Below, piece after piece: positions 13,001 through 24,817 of a DNA stretch of 64,000 nt. The notes under the pieces are model-generated. The model was given only the letters and a program-made list of their open reading frames with translations. It was not told where the DNA came from and did no database searches. The DNA comes from Raillietiella orientalis. Taxonomy: Eukaryota. Positions within the stretch are counted from its first letter, which is position 1. Each line of letters opens with the position of its first letter. The stretch is from contig JAYWIR010000006.1 of NCBI GenBank assembly GCA_036172245.1, positions 2,108,001 to 2,172,000 of the forward strand. The letters are read 5' to 3'. A program made the translations under genes and the position numbers.

Positions 13001-14800
13001 TTCCGAGATGCGATCTCCGCTCCCAGCGCATGGGCTTGAGTGAGACCAGACGAGTCACGTCTCCACATGCCCCTTTCTTTGTGGGGTCCTAGTGGAATCT
13101 CAGGATGTCCCCGTAGGTTTGTCTACTTTCCGGTGGATACATGCGGCTTCATCCCAGATTGCCAGGGCCCTCTAGCCGGTGCGAAGAAACGAAAATTCAT
13201 CAAGAAGAAAGGCACACGTCGGACACGTGCCTATCTGAGACAAAGTGGACCGGGCCGTACTGAGGAAAATACTGGGAAGAGTGTGAGGAGGAAAGAAAAT
13301 GGAGTGTGAGGAGGAAAGAGGCAGTAAAGTTATAAATGGATGGGAGTGGGATGGACCGGCATCAACGTGATGAACCGGATGTCCGGCTGCCTGAGTTGCA
13401 CTAGAACCACAGGAGGGGATGAGGCACTGTCCACATACTGCCCAATTGGTTTCAAGTTAGTCCAACCACGACAGTGCTGAGTCGCTCCCTTTCGTTCCAG
13501 CTTCCAGTTCGGACCACTTCGCTCAGAACGAAAGCGGCTCCACTTGCTGCTTTTTGGAGATTACCGCTGCTCGGACGCGGCAGGAGATGCCAGCAAGGAG
13601 GCAGCCTGCGAACACGAAGGGCCTCTTCCCCTCCTCGATGTTTCCCAACAACCGCAGCTTCCGCGCGTTCCTTTGCAACTTTCGCCAAGTCACCCGAGGA
13701 TGCAGGAAGGCCGCCGCAAGCCCGGCCTAGAAGGCGGTTTACACTTTCTACAACCAGGAACCTCGCGAAAGGAGACTTCGGATGGCCCACTAAAGAGGGC
13801 CGTCCTCATAAAGGAGGACGCCCGTCTTTCTTTTGCAGCCAGGGTTGTGCACATGTTCGCTTCCCTCCATCCGGACGTTTCTCCATAGGGGCTGCGGAAG
13901 CTCTGGAACATTCTTTGGAGGCCCCTGTTAGCTCCTCTCCAAAGGTCTGCTCCTGAAGATACCGAATTCCCATTTGGTTCATCTCGCCTCGCACGCTGCA
14001 ACGTTCGGAGCTCAGAAAAGCGATCTGCCTGCTCCTCGGGGAAAGATCGACGATGAACTGCCTCTAGGATGGACGCCCATTCCTGCTGCTTCCTGGAGCA
14101 TTCCCGAGTTTTCTCGCTGCACTGTCGCGAGCGATCCAAAGCGAATGGCCTTCCTCAAAAGTCGAACCTCGCCGTCGGTGACGACATCCCCACGAGGATC
14201 GAGGGAAGAAGCCTCTGAGGGCGATGACGCTTCTTCGCCTGGATACCAGAATCATCATCGAGTATCTGCCCATGGTTCATCGAAACTCGCGGAGGGACCG
14301 AATGGGTTCCAAAAGGAAAAAAAGATGAAGGAAAAAAACGGCACTTCACTACGGTGCTGAGAATTTCCTCTCTCTCTCTGTCTTTTTTTGCTTTGCCGAT
14401 TCTGGAACGGGAAGAAGAGGAGTCGAGAAAGGAACTAGCAGCTCCGGAAAGTGCCGCGGACACAGGGAACCCGCTCTTGTCGTGCAGCTGGTGCGTGTGA
14501 GCGGACGTGGAAGCGTCCGGTAATGCTGAATTCGCGCGGCCCCTACCTGTCCCGTTTTCTTCCGCTGGCCGGAAGGAGATCGGAGACTCCTGGACGGCCT
14601 GGACGAACGCCCAAAGTGAGCGCCAGAAAGCGCTCGCTTCCCGAGACCAGCGATCCGGATAGGGACAGATACGCCAGTGAAACTCGCTCCAGCGGCCTCT
14701 CGTCGCCTGCGCTGCAGGAGCACTGCGGAAAGGAAGAGGAAAACCGGAATAAAAAAAAACAGCTCGAGGCCTTTCAAGCTACCTGCCTCAAAGATTGGAT
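10050..14800 (-). mobile_element. Near-full-length degenerate LINE (ORF1 relic, EN, RT, zf-RVT)
   Basis: Motifs in correct order: RTGSWNE (~13500, EN start); HLDCGMLV...SGRH; WMPFDSEVLYDDF; FTWEEMKRIL..PGNG; NILIPKSS; QEGF; VAFMDLVSPFGTVLH (D..KAFD.V.H); YLQTQEDAL (YADD); PPRWQQAATFFLHWDFQCNHRR (~10480-10550). Confidence 0.75.
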
Positions 14801-15173
14801 TGCAGAGACCCAGAGGGAGGAGGATCGGAACGCAGAAATTAGAAATTTAATGAGATTGCTTTAATGGACCAAATGCATCAATAAGGAGAGCAACGATTCA
14901 GAAAATTCAGCAAACATTAACTTCAGTGCTCTCGTGGGTGGCGAAGGGATGCTGAGTTTGCAGCATCGCAACACGAAAATAGCGCCCGACCCGTTAAACG
15001 AGGGTGAGCAGGAAGAAAATTAAATTTACTTATCAAATTGCCTGCTGCATCCGATCTTCGCTCATCAATAAATCAAGGCTGACGAATCCTATCGGCCGCT
15101 GTATTTATGGCTGTACCCAGCGGCTCCAAATGAAGATCAAGCGGCGAAAAGAGTTACGTGCTCCGATATGCTG

Positions 15174-17500
15174 GCAGCCCGGAATCCGGACGTTCTCCAT
15201 AGTCCACGGATCGGATCCACGTTTCCAGCATGAAAGGAAACGAAAAGTGTGTTTTTTTGTTTAGCGGAACGTTTGAGTGGATCCCCGTGTCATTTCTTTT
15301 GGCCTCGGGAAGAGAGAAAAGGAAGCGAACAAAGCAGCAAGGCTAAAATCTCCCTCAGCTTACGCACCCACCCATGTGCGCGAGGTGCTGGCTGCTACGT
15401 GTGGCGGCTGCAGAACCGCAGAAAGCAGCCAGAGGGGCGAACTCGCCGTCTCCCAGACAGCCTCAGAACCGCCTTTTTCGCAATGGTCAGGTTCAACTCT
15501 CCCGGATTCCAATTGCTGGAGCGGTAGCGAGAGGGCGCAAGAAGGGTAGAAGGAGGAACAAGCCTCCATGAAGAGGCACTTCGGCGGTATAAGAGTCTTC
15601 CTCCAAAGTCTGGAAAGGAACTGGAAGAACGCTGGAAAGCAGGAAACATGGGGCAGAGGGGGAAGGGATCCAAATTGAACGGAAGCATTCCCTCTGGAAC
15701 TCATCTGTCCCGCTGATGAAGGCAAGCAGATCCGAACGGGGACTTCAGAAGAAGAGACGAGGAAAAGAGGAGAGGGTGCTGACGAGAGTAAACAAGGAAA
15801 AGGCGCCTCTTTACGTGTAGGATCTGCGGAAGCTGTGAAGTGCGGGCTGGAAGCTGTGCGGCCAATCCGCAGATACTCAGACTGCCATCCTCATTAACGA
15901 ATCGCATCCGTTCCGCAGCATACGAACGAATTCATTTGGGCTCGTGTCTCAAATAAATCCTTGTAACGGTCCGCATGCAAAAGTCTCTCCCTCCGCCCTT
16001 CGATCCACTTTCCTGCGGTCGTCCATTCGAACTTCCTTGCAATTCAAGGATGCGCTTCTCTGCCCGGCAACATGGCCGCAGAGAGCAGCGGCTCCACTGG
16101 GAATTTTTCTCGCGCAAAACAAATCCTCGAAATTCCCACCATTTGACGATCCGGTTGCACGGGATGCAGTATTCGCGATCACCATGGGCACCGTTGTGCC
16201 CGACTCAGGTCATGCCGTTCTCTTTTATGTTTCCTGCTTTGAGACATTGATCTCTTAGTATCCCGTGACTCCTCGACTTTCAGACTCCCAAGCATCCTAC
16301 CACTGGTAGTTCTCTCTGAAGTCTGTGCTCATCAGTCGGCAAACAGGAGACAGCGTTCAGCATCCCTCTCCCTGTCGCGTTTCTTCTGATGCTGTTGCCT
16401 GGCTCCTACTTGAGTATGAAACATCAACTTCGATGACTCGATCTTCGTTCGAGAACGCCAGAGCCGGTATCCTCTGGTTGCGATGGATTGTTAACCACGG
16501 ATGGGTAATCACCAGGGCTGCAGAATCTCCGCATCACGAAAGTTTCCGCGCTGAAGAACTCTCAGCCATCTCTGGCAACCATTTAGCATCACGGGAGGAT
16601 GAGCAACATCGAGACCGTTCCAAAGACCTTCTGCGTGGATAAACTCGAGCTCAGACGTCAGCTCACCTCCTTGAGATCCAAGTATCTGCTTCCCAGATAC
16701 TGCAGCCTCCGACTATGGATCAACCCTGTCTGGTGAGGAGAACTCCGAACATCCGTCAATCCATGGTTTTCCTCGTTTTGTTCGTACTGTCTCCCGCTTT
16801 ACAAGGAAAAGGCGATTCTTCCTCAACGGTAATCCGTAGATCGCTATGAGTGTCCTTCGAAATGGAAGACACACGGGATATCTTGCCCTTGATTACTCCT
16901 CCCTTTTCTGCGAGACATCCGAGGAGCTTTAAAGTTTCTACAGCTCTGTCCTATGCAGCTGGCCACTCGTAGGTCCTCTGGAAACCAACAAGTAACTGGC
17001 AGGTTTATGGAATGACCTTCTGGAGACTCCTTACGCAGTTCTTCTGCCAGTTATTAAGCGCCAGCACGCTGCACAGTTGCTATTGAAACAAGGAGGCTCA
17101 TGGAGAGCGCACATCTTTCTCAAATGATTTTTTTTTTCTGCACGGAAGGAACACTTATGGCGGACTGTGAACATGCAGGGACCGTCCTTAAGGTATCCAC
17201 CTATGTATTCTTCTTTTCGGAAAAAGGCTTGCGCGATTCATGGGCGGTTTGGTTTCTGTCGTGGGGCTGCTAGGTCCCATTTTGGGAATCGATTCCATGG
17301 CCAGGAAGAACAAAATCCTTTCCTCGCACAATCTGGAACGGACTCAATTTCCCTACCGAACTGAAGCAGAAACGGAATGGCATGGTATCTCTTCCTTCCT
17401 TGAGGGTCTTCGGTGCAAGCGATCGAGTGGTTGCTGCACTGTTGGAGGAGATTTGAATCCAAAAGTGTTCTGCGGAGTTTTCCTTTGAATGCAAGGAGTC
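15174..17500 (-). mobile_element. Degenerate LINE (RT to zf-RVT, possible 3' end)
   Basis: LQYLGSRY (~16690); RMDDRRKVDRR matches the WRMDAEKW block of other copies; LWRKTLIPPKC (zf-RVT start) in ORF 15360..15725; degenerate hairpin gaacgtccggattccggg at ~15178-15195. Confidence 0.55.
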
Positions 17501-19399
17501 GATACCGTTCAGGAATGCCCTAGCTTGAAAGAAAAGCAAGTCGGAAAACAGGAGTGCTCAGGAAAGGAAGTCCGTGTTGCGCTGGTGTGGAGCGTTGCGC
17601 GGAGGAGGTTGTGTCTCCGTATCCTCAGCGAGAAAGGAAACTCATCTTCCACATAGCGGTTCCTGATTCAGTTCCCTCTGGGAAACTCGTCATTCCATGA
17701 TTGCCGCATCCCTACTGAACTGTGTCAGACCTCTGGTCACTTCCAATCATTAGTGGAGTCTTATGGAGATGAAGTCAAGGCATGATTCCTAGGCGCAGGA
17801 AACGACTCCCTGGTCTCAAACCAACTCCGTAGTCGCTTGGTTGCTCCTATCTTGGGTTTCGGTGAACAACGAATAGTATACAACAGAAAACTTTTGTCAC
17901 TGGGTCACCTTTCTTCCATCTAATAGCAGAGTGATCCCAGGAGCTCGCCAATGCTTTGTAGCTCGGTCGCACCTGGAAATTTATCTACAGAAGAACAGAA
18001 AACAGCAGCCGAAGAAGCAACAATTCCAGACAGATAGACATCCACGCAAGATTCTAAGGTGCACAGATGGTCGCGCAGAAGGAAGGAACAGTAGATGGAC
18101 GGAAGGACTGAAAAAAATGTATACATGGTTGTTGGGTCATATTATAGAGGAAGCTTCAACCGGGTGCCACAGTCCTTCAAATCCTTAGGCGTTGCGAAAA
18201 ACATGCAGGAGAACCCTTGTCGTCGGTGAGATTTTTCCAGTACCAGGTCTAAAGCTCCCCAGTTCTGGCTCTTTACTTCCCTCAGGCTTGCTACCGTGTT
18301 GCCGAAAGCGCAGCACAGCATCGCCACCACCGCCGGCCGTGGAGAGCTCTTGGAGTAAGAACAGACCAAGCAGGGATAGCAGTTGACGGAGAGTGGGCTG
18401 CAGCTAGTCTCTCCCGTACCAGAAAGAGAGTTCCTCTAACAAGAGGTTCGGGGTCGTTTCGACCCTACGAGGAACAACTCTCAAAAGTCCACTGGCAGCA
18501 CGGCTTATTATGTGGGGATCTCTAGTGCAAAAACAGCGTCTTAATCTTCTGGGAAGGAAAAAATAGCAGAGATTCAGATGGATTTCGCGGTCCACCAATT
18601 CTTTTACAGGTAGCTCCTAAAGGGCCGCCCGGCGCTCTGAACGCCGGAAATGCACACTCATACGATGTTAGGAAACAGAGGTACTGCAATCCGAGAGCTA
18701 CATTTGCTATCTTCCTTATCCTGTTCGGTTTCCACGAAAACAATCAAAAAATATTTTTTCTTCGGAGCACCAGGTTTGGGGTCAGCGTTTGCTGTTAAAC
18801 TGTTGCTAACAAGCGGATAACAGGCTCGTGAGGAGGAAAGTTCTCCTCACCTACTGGTCCGGGGATGATTTCAGTTTGTCTTCTATGCCCTGAAGTCTTC
18901 ACCTTCTGTCAGCTTCCACTCCCCCTTCTCCTTCCTATCCCTTGCCTGCCCTCGATGTTCTCGGACCCTCGTTTCATGCTCATCATCCTTCCCGACCTTG
19001 CACTTCCAGACGAAGCTCCCATGAACTTCGAAGGTCTAAGTGACAAGGATCTCGTTCCTCAGACACTGCCCTCCCTCTAGAGATTTCTGAAAGTAGAAAG
19101 ACCTCACCCCTCGTGAGATGGATTTTCGCGCTCTCCTACCGGAAGTATACCCCCTCCCACATCGCTTCCATGCGCGCCCTTGCCTCTCAAGGAAACTCTC
19201 CAGCGACAAGGTCCTGGACCATGGGCGACCTCGCTTCCTAAGAAGTATAGAAGCCGTGCGCCCTCTCCACTCAGGTGAAAAGAGGAAGAAATGGGTTGTA
19301 TTTTAGCGTATGAAGCGACCTGCGAGATTGAGAAATTTCTAGCTCCACACCCTCGTTCTCCATCCTCCTCTTCTCGTTACACCCAAGGACTCTGATCAG

Positions 19400-22300
19400 G
19401 GATCACAGGGAAGGGAGGAGGGGGGGAATTGTCAGGATTCGCCAAGAAGACCTCGGGACCTCGTGCTTCTCTACTGGAGCCGCCCACCCTGCCGCCGGCG
19501 CACGGAGCCCCCATGCACCACAGCGAGAAACTCCGCCACGCACTCGCGGAGACGATGATGCCCAAGGAAAGTATCCTCCGCGCAGTCGTGGCCAACCCTT
19601 GCGCAAGCGCTTCTGGGACGAACCAGTGTGCGTCGGACTTCTGGACCCGCATCTCAGGGGCGCTCTTAACTCCCCAGCAGTGCCCCTCCATGACGTGATC
19701 CGAGGAATTCGGGACCGTGAGCTGACTCCTGACTGGCCACCTTCTGCCACCCGAAGGAAGCAACAGAACAGGATCCAAGAAGCAAGAAGGGCGTAGCTGC
19801 CATCCAGAGCAGCCGTTCGCGGTAACCGCGGCTTTCGGTTGCACGCAACGTGAAGCCAACTGGACCAAACTGAGAAGCAGACAAAAAGGCGCCTCATTTC
19901 GAGTGGGGATGTGGTGGCTCTTCATTTCTTCCCTCCTTGCCGTCCCCTGACTGAGAGCAGATCTGTGCTCGTGTCAGAAGGAACGCCTTAGTTCCTTGCA
20001 GCGCCATCGGAGGACGAGGTGCCGGGCACCGGCCCGGGTGACCACGGCAGCAACATGCAGCGAGTTCATCGCTAACGGAGGGTCCGGAGCACGGGCTGGT
20101 ATGCCGACCCGAGCTGCCGAGGTTTCCATCCTCCATGCACTCGACTACCCAATCAGAGGACGAGTTTTTTGAATTCGAGAAACAAAGGAAACGGTGAGCA
20201 CCTCTCTAGGTGAAACTCTTCCTGTTTTTCGGTGCTCCTCCCTTTTCTGGTCCTCCTGTTCTCGCCTCTCAGAGCCCCTTCTCTGCTTCTGTGATTCCCA
20301 GGTGCCTGGGAATACGCCCCTATTGCCTTCGGTCCGGTCTCGCGCACGTTAGCATCTCGAGTGTTGAGCCGATTCTTCATCTTGAGATCTGGCCAGAGAA
20401 AGAAAAACGAGCAAGGAAGTAGTTCACTTGAGTCCGGATGCCCTCTCACCTCGAGATTTCAGTCGTTCTCTTATTTCCTCTCTCCTGATGACCATTGGCT
20501 ATCCACCTACCTCGATTTTTTTTGCTGTCCGTCTTTTTGGTGGCTTTTGATCCCGTTTGAGCTCCGGGAGGAAGACGAATGCAAGCCAGAAAAATTGTCT
20601 GGTGCTTTAGGAGGCATCTGTCAGATCCGATTCTTCCCCTCTGTTTCTTCCTTCGTTCCTACAGCCACTCTTGCTTGCCCGGATTCTGCCACTCGCTCGA
20701 TGGTTCCACGGTCCAACGGAATCGCTTCCGGGTAGGGAACCTCCAGATGCGGCCAAAGTGGTGGACCCAAGGTATTGCATCGTGGTTGACTCAGAGTCAG
20801 TGGTTTCATTAGTATCCTGAGTAGTGGAGCTTTCAGCCATTGTCCGCGAATGTGGTCTCAGCATTCTCTTCTGAAAGGAGCAAGCTCCTTTATCAGTTGA
20901 CCTTATGGACGAAACTTCGTGGGAGGCCAGTAGAGGTCTAGGTAGAAGGATAGCAGTTAAGGTGAGAGAAACTGGGTGCGTCTTGCTCGCAATGTTTCAA
21001 GGATACATATCACCCAGTCTTTTTTTTTCTATTCAGAATGGGTGGACGTATGTGTGGCTCACGCGACGATCCACTGAATTTTTTTTGGCTTCTTTTCTGT
21101 ATTCGCTGAGTTCCTTTCAGCATTCTTTTTTTTGGAATTGCTCGTGTCAACGGCCGTATGGTTGCGGTCTCTGCGTGTGGTACCAAGCGTTGCAGGTTCG
21201 AATCCACACATGGAGGATCGACGCCGAGAAACGGATGAGTGCGTCATGGGTGTCGAGTTCCTCTCGCAGGACGGCGTTGACTGGCTCACGGGCTTCGATC
21301 GCGACATCGGTGGGATCCGGAAGCCGGGTGCCCCATCGACTGGCCTCCGGGATTAAAAGTTGACCCTCCGGGATCCTTCCAGGAATCAAGGAGCCGGTTC
21401 CCTCCAAGGTTCCCCTCCGGTTGTGAAAATGGAGCCGTACCATGGAGCCGGTTGATACCACCATCGGAGGGTTGCCTCTCCAGAGGACAAGAAGCACCCT
21501 GATCCCTTGGGAGAGAGCCCCTCAGAGAAATTGAGATCTTTTCAAGGGAGGAGGAAAGAAGGAGGGGTTCCCTTGCGGGTTCCCTTCGGAGACAACCAGG
21601 CTAGAAGAAAACAGTTGGCACGTGGACGAAGGTGAACGATGTGAACGAGCCGAGCTCCGAAGAATGGAACTGCCTGCGACTCGGCATCTGTGCCAGCTAC
21701 TCGCTGCAGAAGATCCTCGTGAATCCCAGCATGAGCGCATGGGCGGAGACGACCTCCCCCGCTGCAACGATGCCCTTTCTGAGGAGGGCACCTGGCAGCA
21801 GCCAACCGCTGCGGTGAGAAGTCTCCTGCGAGATCGCTGGCAGGTGGAAGCTGATGAGTACATAGACCATAGGTCAGCTGACGGATTCTGCTACCCTGAT
21901 TGCCCTTCCGCGGGGACTACAGCGCTGGGGCAAGCTGCTCGGCATTCCTAGAGGAGACCTGGAGTGTCCCCCAGTGCTCAAGGACAGCAGCGTTCCCCAG
22001 ATCAAGCCCAGAAGCGGAAGAAGTTCTCACTACTGCTTCTGCACTGAGGTCTTCTCTGCAACTCTCGTTGACACCACCGGCCGCTGGGAGGGCGAGTCAG
22101 GATTGTCTCAGATTGTGGGGAACGCGAATCTCCCCTCCCGCACCTGTTCGTGGACTGTGTTACCCTCCGATCCCTTTGGGAACAGTTTCGGAACGACCCT
22201 CCGGATCCCAGTTGGCACCCCTACAGACGTTTTACGGCTCCTCTTTGAGCAGCCAGCCGCAGCCCCAGAAGCGCTTTGCTGCATCCGCGGGATTGCGACG

Positions 22301-22651
22301 GACTGGAGCGAAGCTGAAGGAGGAAGAAACGAGAGGAACGCCGACCAGCTTGCAGTTCGCTTTCTGTGGACTGTTGATCTATTCAGAAGGAACTAATTGG
22401 CATCCTGGAAAGGATGCAGATTCTCTTTAGTGGACTGTGATCTCTCCGTGACCTCCCAAGGATTTTTATTTAGTCTTTATTTTATTTTATTTGTTCTTTT
22501 GTTTTCTCCCATCCCCTCCGCTTATTGATCTGCGTACCGGCAACGCGGCAGGTCACATGTACAAACGCAGTGTGGTAGGACCACATGTCCTACCACGAAA
22601 TACGAGTTTATTCAAAATTTTAATAAACGCCCCTGCGTGTCAGAGTGGAAA
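19400..22651 (+). mobile_element. Degenerate LINE (RT to 3' end)
   Basis: ILRAVVANPCASASG..DFW (KAPGPDG..EF region); conserved block WYQALQVRIHTWRIDAEK (21150-21240); T-rich UTR, motif A at 22525, terminal unit at 22622-22645. Confidence 0.65.
22622..22645 (+). other. LINE 3'-terminal unit with a compensatory pair
   Basis: AATAAA CGC CCCTG CGTGT CAGAG (G-C replaced by T-A). Confidence 0.7.
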
Positions 22652-22659
22652 TCGAGGAC

Positions 22660-23250
22660 TACCACGACGGAGGGTGCCCTTCGGGGCTCCCTCCCAAGCG
22701 TAAGATGAACGGACTCCCTTCTCCGAAGTCCTCCAGGATTCATAGGGTGGTTTCCTTCTGAGGTGTCCCCTAACCTGAAGCGTTACTACACGCACCCTCA
22801 GATGGCATGGAATAGTGTGAAGGGGCCTCCAGACGAACGGCTCTTGAGACGATCTATTGAGGGAGTGGTGCAGGCTTCACGGTATCATGTGTTCAACGCA
22901 TCACATCTGTGGAGCATGAGATGAATTAGACGAACCTATTTTTACATGAGGATGGGAAGGTATAGCGGCATGTGGCATTTTTTTTTTTTGTGTGGCTGCT
23001 GCTAAATGGTGGATGTAGGATGCACGTGGTAAGATTATTGCCGCATTGGTTATGGTAAAACTGGTAGAATCATAGGGTACTAATGAAAAGTTTCTGTGTT
23101 ATTGCCTTGCACGGGATGGATGCAGCAGTGAAGACTGCGCTCATGGATCCACGTGTTTATTTAGAAGCGAAAAATGTATGCCGTCTATCGACTCTAGCTG
23201 AAGCACCGTTACCATAAATGGAAGGATTCCTGCGATGGAAGCATCACCGT
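22660..23250 (+). mobile_element. Composite LINE fragment with a zf-RVT relic
   Basis: 22720-22850 aligns by eye with 34020-34150 and the reverse complement of 31250-31320. 22875-23080 reads ..RHVAFFFFVWLLLNGG.. and is the inverted homologue of 24965-25170. Confidence 0.6.
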
Positions 23251-24287
23251 TACCATGAAGAATATGTGGCTTTCATGCTAATGGTCCCGTGCCCCTTTTA
23301 TGGCTTGTCTCCTCGAGCCGCCCACCACAATCTCATAGTGTTCTCTCTGCCTACCGATGAGATCAGTAACTCCGCTATCTAAAAGTCACTGATCACCACT
23401 CACCGGTGTGCTTCGTCGTTTCCCCTCCTTCCTTTGGCGCTTCTGTTGCGCTCAGTTCACAATAAAAATATTTTCCATTCCCAACGGGCACGCATCACTT
23501 TTCTGGTTCATTCGGCCACACACGGCTTTTCTTTAAATCGATATCGTAAAGATCCTTTCCATCCGTCAAATGAGTCATCGTTTTCAAATAAGGAAGAATG
23601 CTGTTCCACTATTGACCGCTTCACATCATCAACAAGTCACCATGAGCACTTAAAACTGCGCTGTTAACGTGACAGAAATTGACCCCCCTATTTATCATTT
23701 CTCTCTCACCATCCTCCATTGTCCTTATCGTACCAACTGCCAACTGATCATCCCAATGACTGCTGTTGTCACACTTGGACCGATTATGTCCTCAATAATA
23801 GTTCCGTCTTGAATTTTTAATGCTTACTAAGTTGTGATCCTGCGAATCATAGCTTACCCATAATTCTCACAGCTACTATGAGTAACTTCCACAGTACACT
23901 CACCCGCATGGATACGAACAAAACCCACCTCGCCATCCATCCACTGGATTCACTGGTATGTAGAATCCTGCCCCATAACACCGTTCCGTATCGCATACAC
24001 TCCGTGACGACACCTCCTCAGCCCTTGTGATGCTCAGATTGATGGGCACACTGCTCCTTCGAGGATCCATGCTTATGCGAACATCCCTAGGGCTGCTACT
24101 CACTACCTAGGAGTTGTCGTAATGGGGACTTACAAACGTATCCCTCCGCGGAAGACCCTTTTGAGTATGACCCACCCTCACCACTGCCATTTCACCAATC
24201 TTGACACTAGCAGTGTATTAAAAGGTGCCCCCTCCCTGATACTTTTCGATCGAAACTTCAACTCGTGATCCAATGCCACAGGAGGAG

Positions 24288-24804
24288 TTCGAACCCGGTT
24301 ACGCCGGGACGTTTATTAAAAAAAAATAAATAAACTACAAGTTAGAGGGAAAGAGTATGCCCTCAGAAAAACAAAAAAAAGCCAAAGATAAAAAAAGGAG
24401 TTCATCAAGGATGACCACCGGCACGCAGGCTGGTTTCTGAAAATTAGGGAACAGATGGAGAGGACAATGAATAAATTAAAAAAAAAAGGGGAGGGCGGGG
24501 ACAGGTTTGGTTTAAGACGTTCCTTTCCTTCTAGAAGCGACTCTGGATAGTGGCGAGATCTCCCTGGCGACTTCTTCCGGCAGGTGAGACCACCTTTCGG
24601 CTGCTCTCAAGAGGGCTGTTGCCATGCTGGTGGATTCTCTTCGCCGCGAACTTGCTTCTAGCACATGGCGGACTGTCGCTATGGCGCGGATGCAACATCT
24701 CGTTGAGACCACGGCGCCCTTTTCCAGTCCTCCTCACGTGAAGAAGCGCCGCAGCAGGTTGGTGGCAGTGTTTTGGGATTAGCGGAGGGCCTAAGCAAAT
24801 CTCC
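24288..24804 (-). mobile_element. 5'-truncated LINE insertion (517 bp) with a perfect 13-bp TSD
   Basis: GCCACAGGAGGAG at 24275-24287 and 24805-24817. Contains motif A (24418-24433) and the terminal unit (24294-24317). Its composition differs from the G-poor host. Confidence 0.85.
24294..24317 (-). other. LINE 3'-terminal unit
   Basis: AATAAA CGT CCCGG CGTAA CCGGG. Confidence 0.85.
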
Positions 24805-24817
24805 GCCACAGGAGGAG

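Noticed and set aside
18828..18850. 8-bp hairpin GTGAGGAG..CTCCTCAC
   Set aside because: Isolated, with no homologous structure elsewhere; plausible by chance in GA/CT-rich sequence.
21150..21215. tRNA or tRNA-derived SINE (GGTTCGAATCC; also ~31845 and ~33617)
   Set aside because: The T-stem and acceptor stem do not pair. All three sites are the same ORF2 block (QALxVRI) with codon-like variation.
23540..23600. CACTA transposase motif (THLTDGK, minus strand)
   Set aside because: A single short match with no supporting motifs or termini.
24395..24440. Hammerhead ribozyme (GAAACCA..TGGTC..TTGATGA on the minus strand)
   Set aside because: No CUGANGA core, no stem I or II can form, and GAAA is not conserved in other copies.
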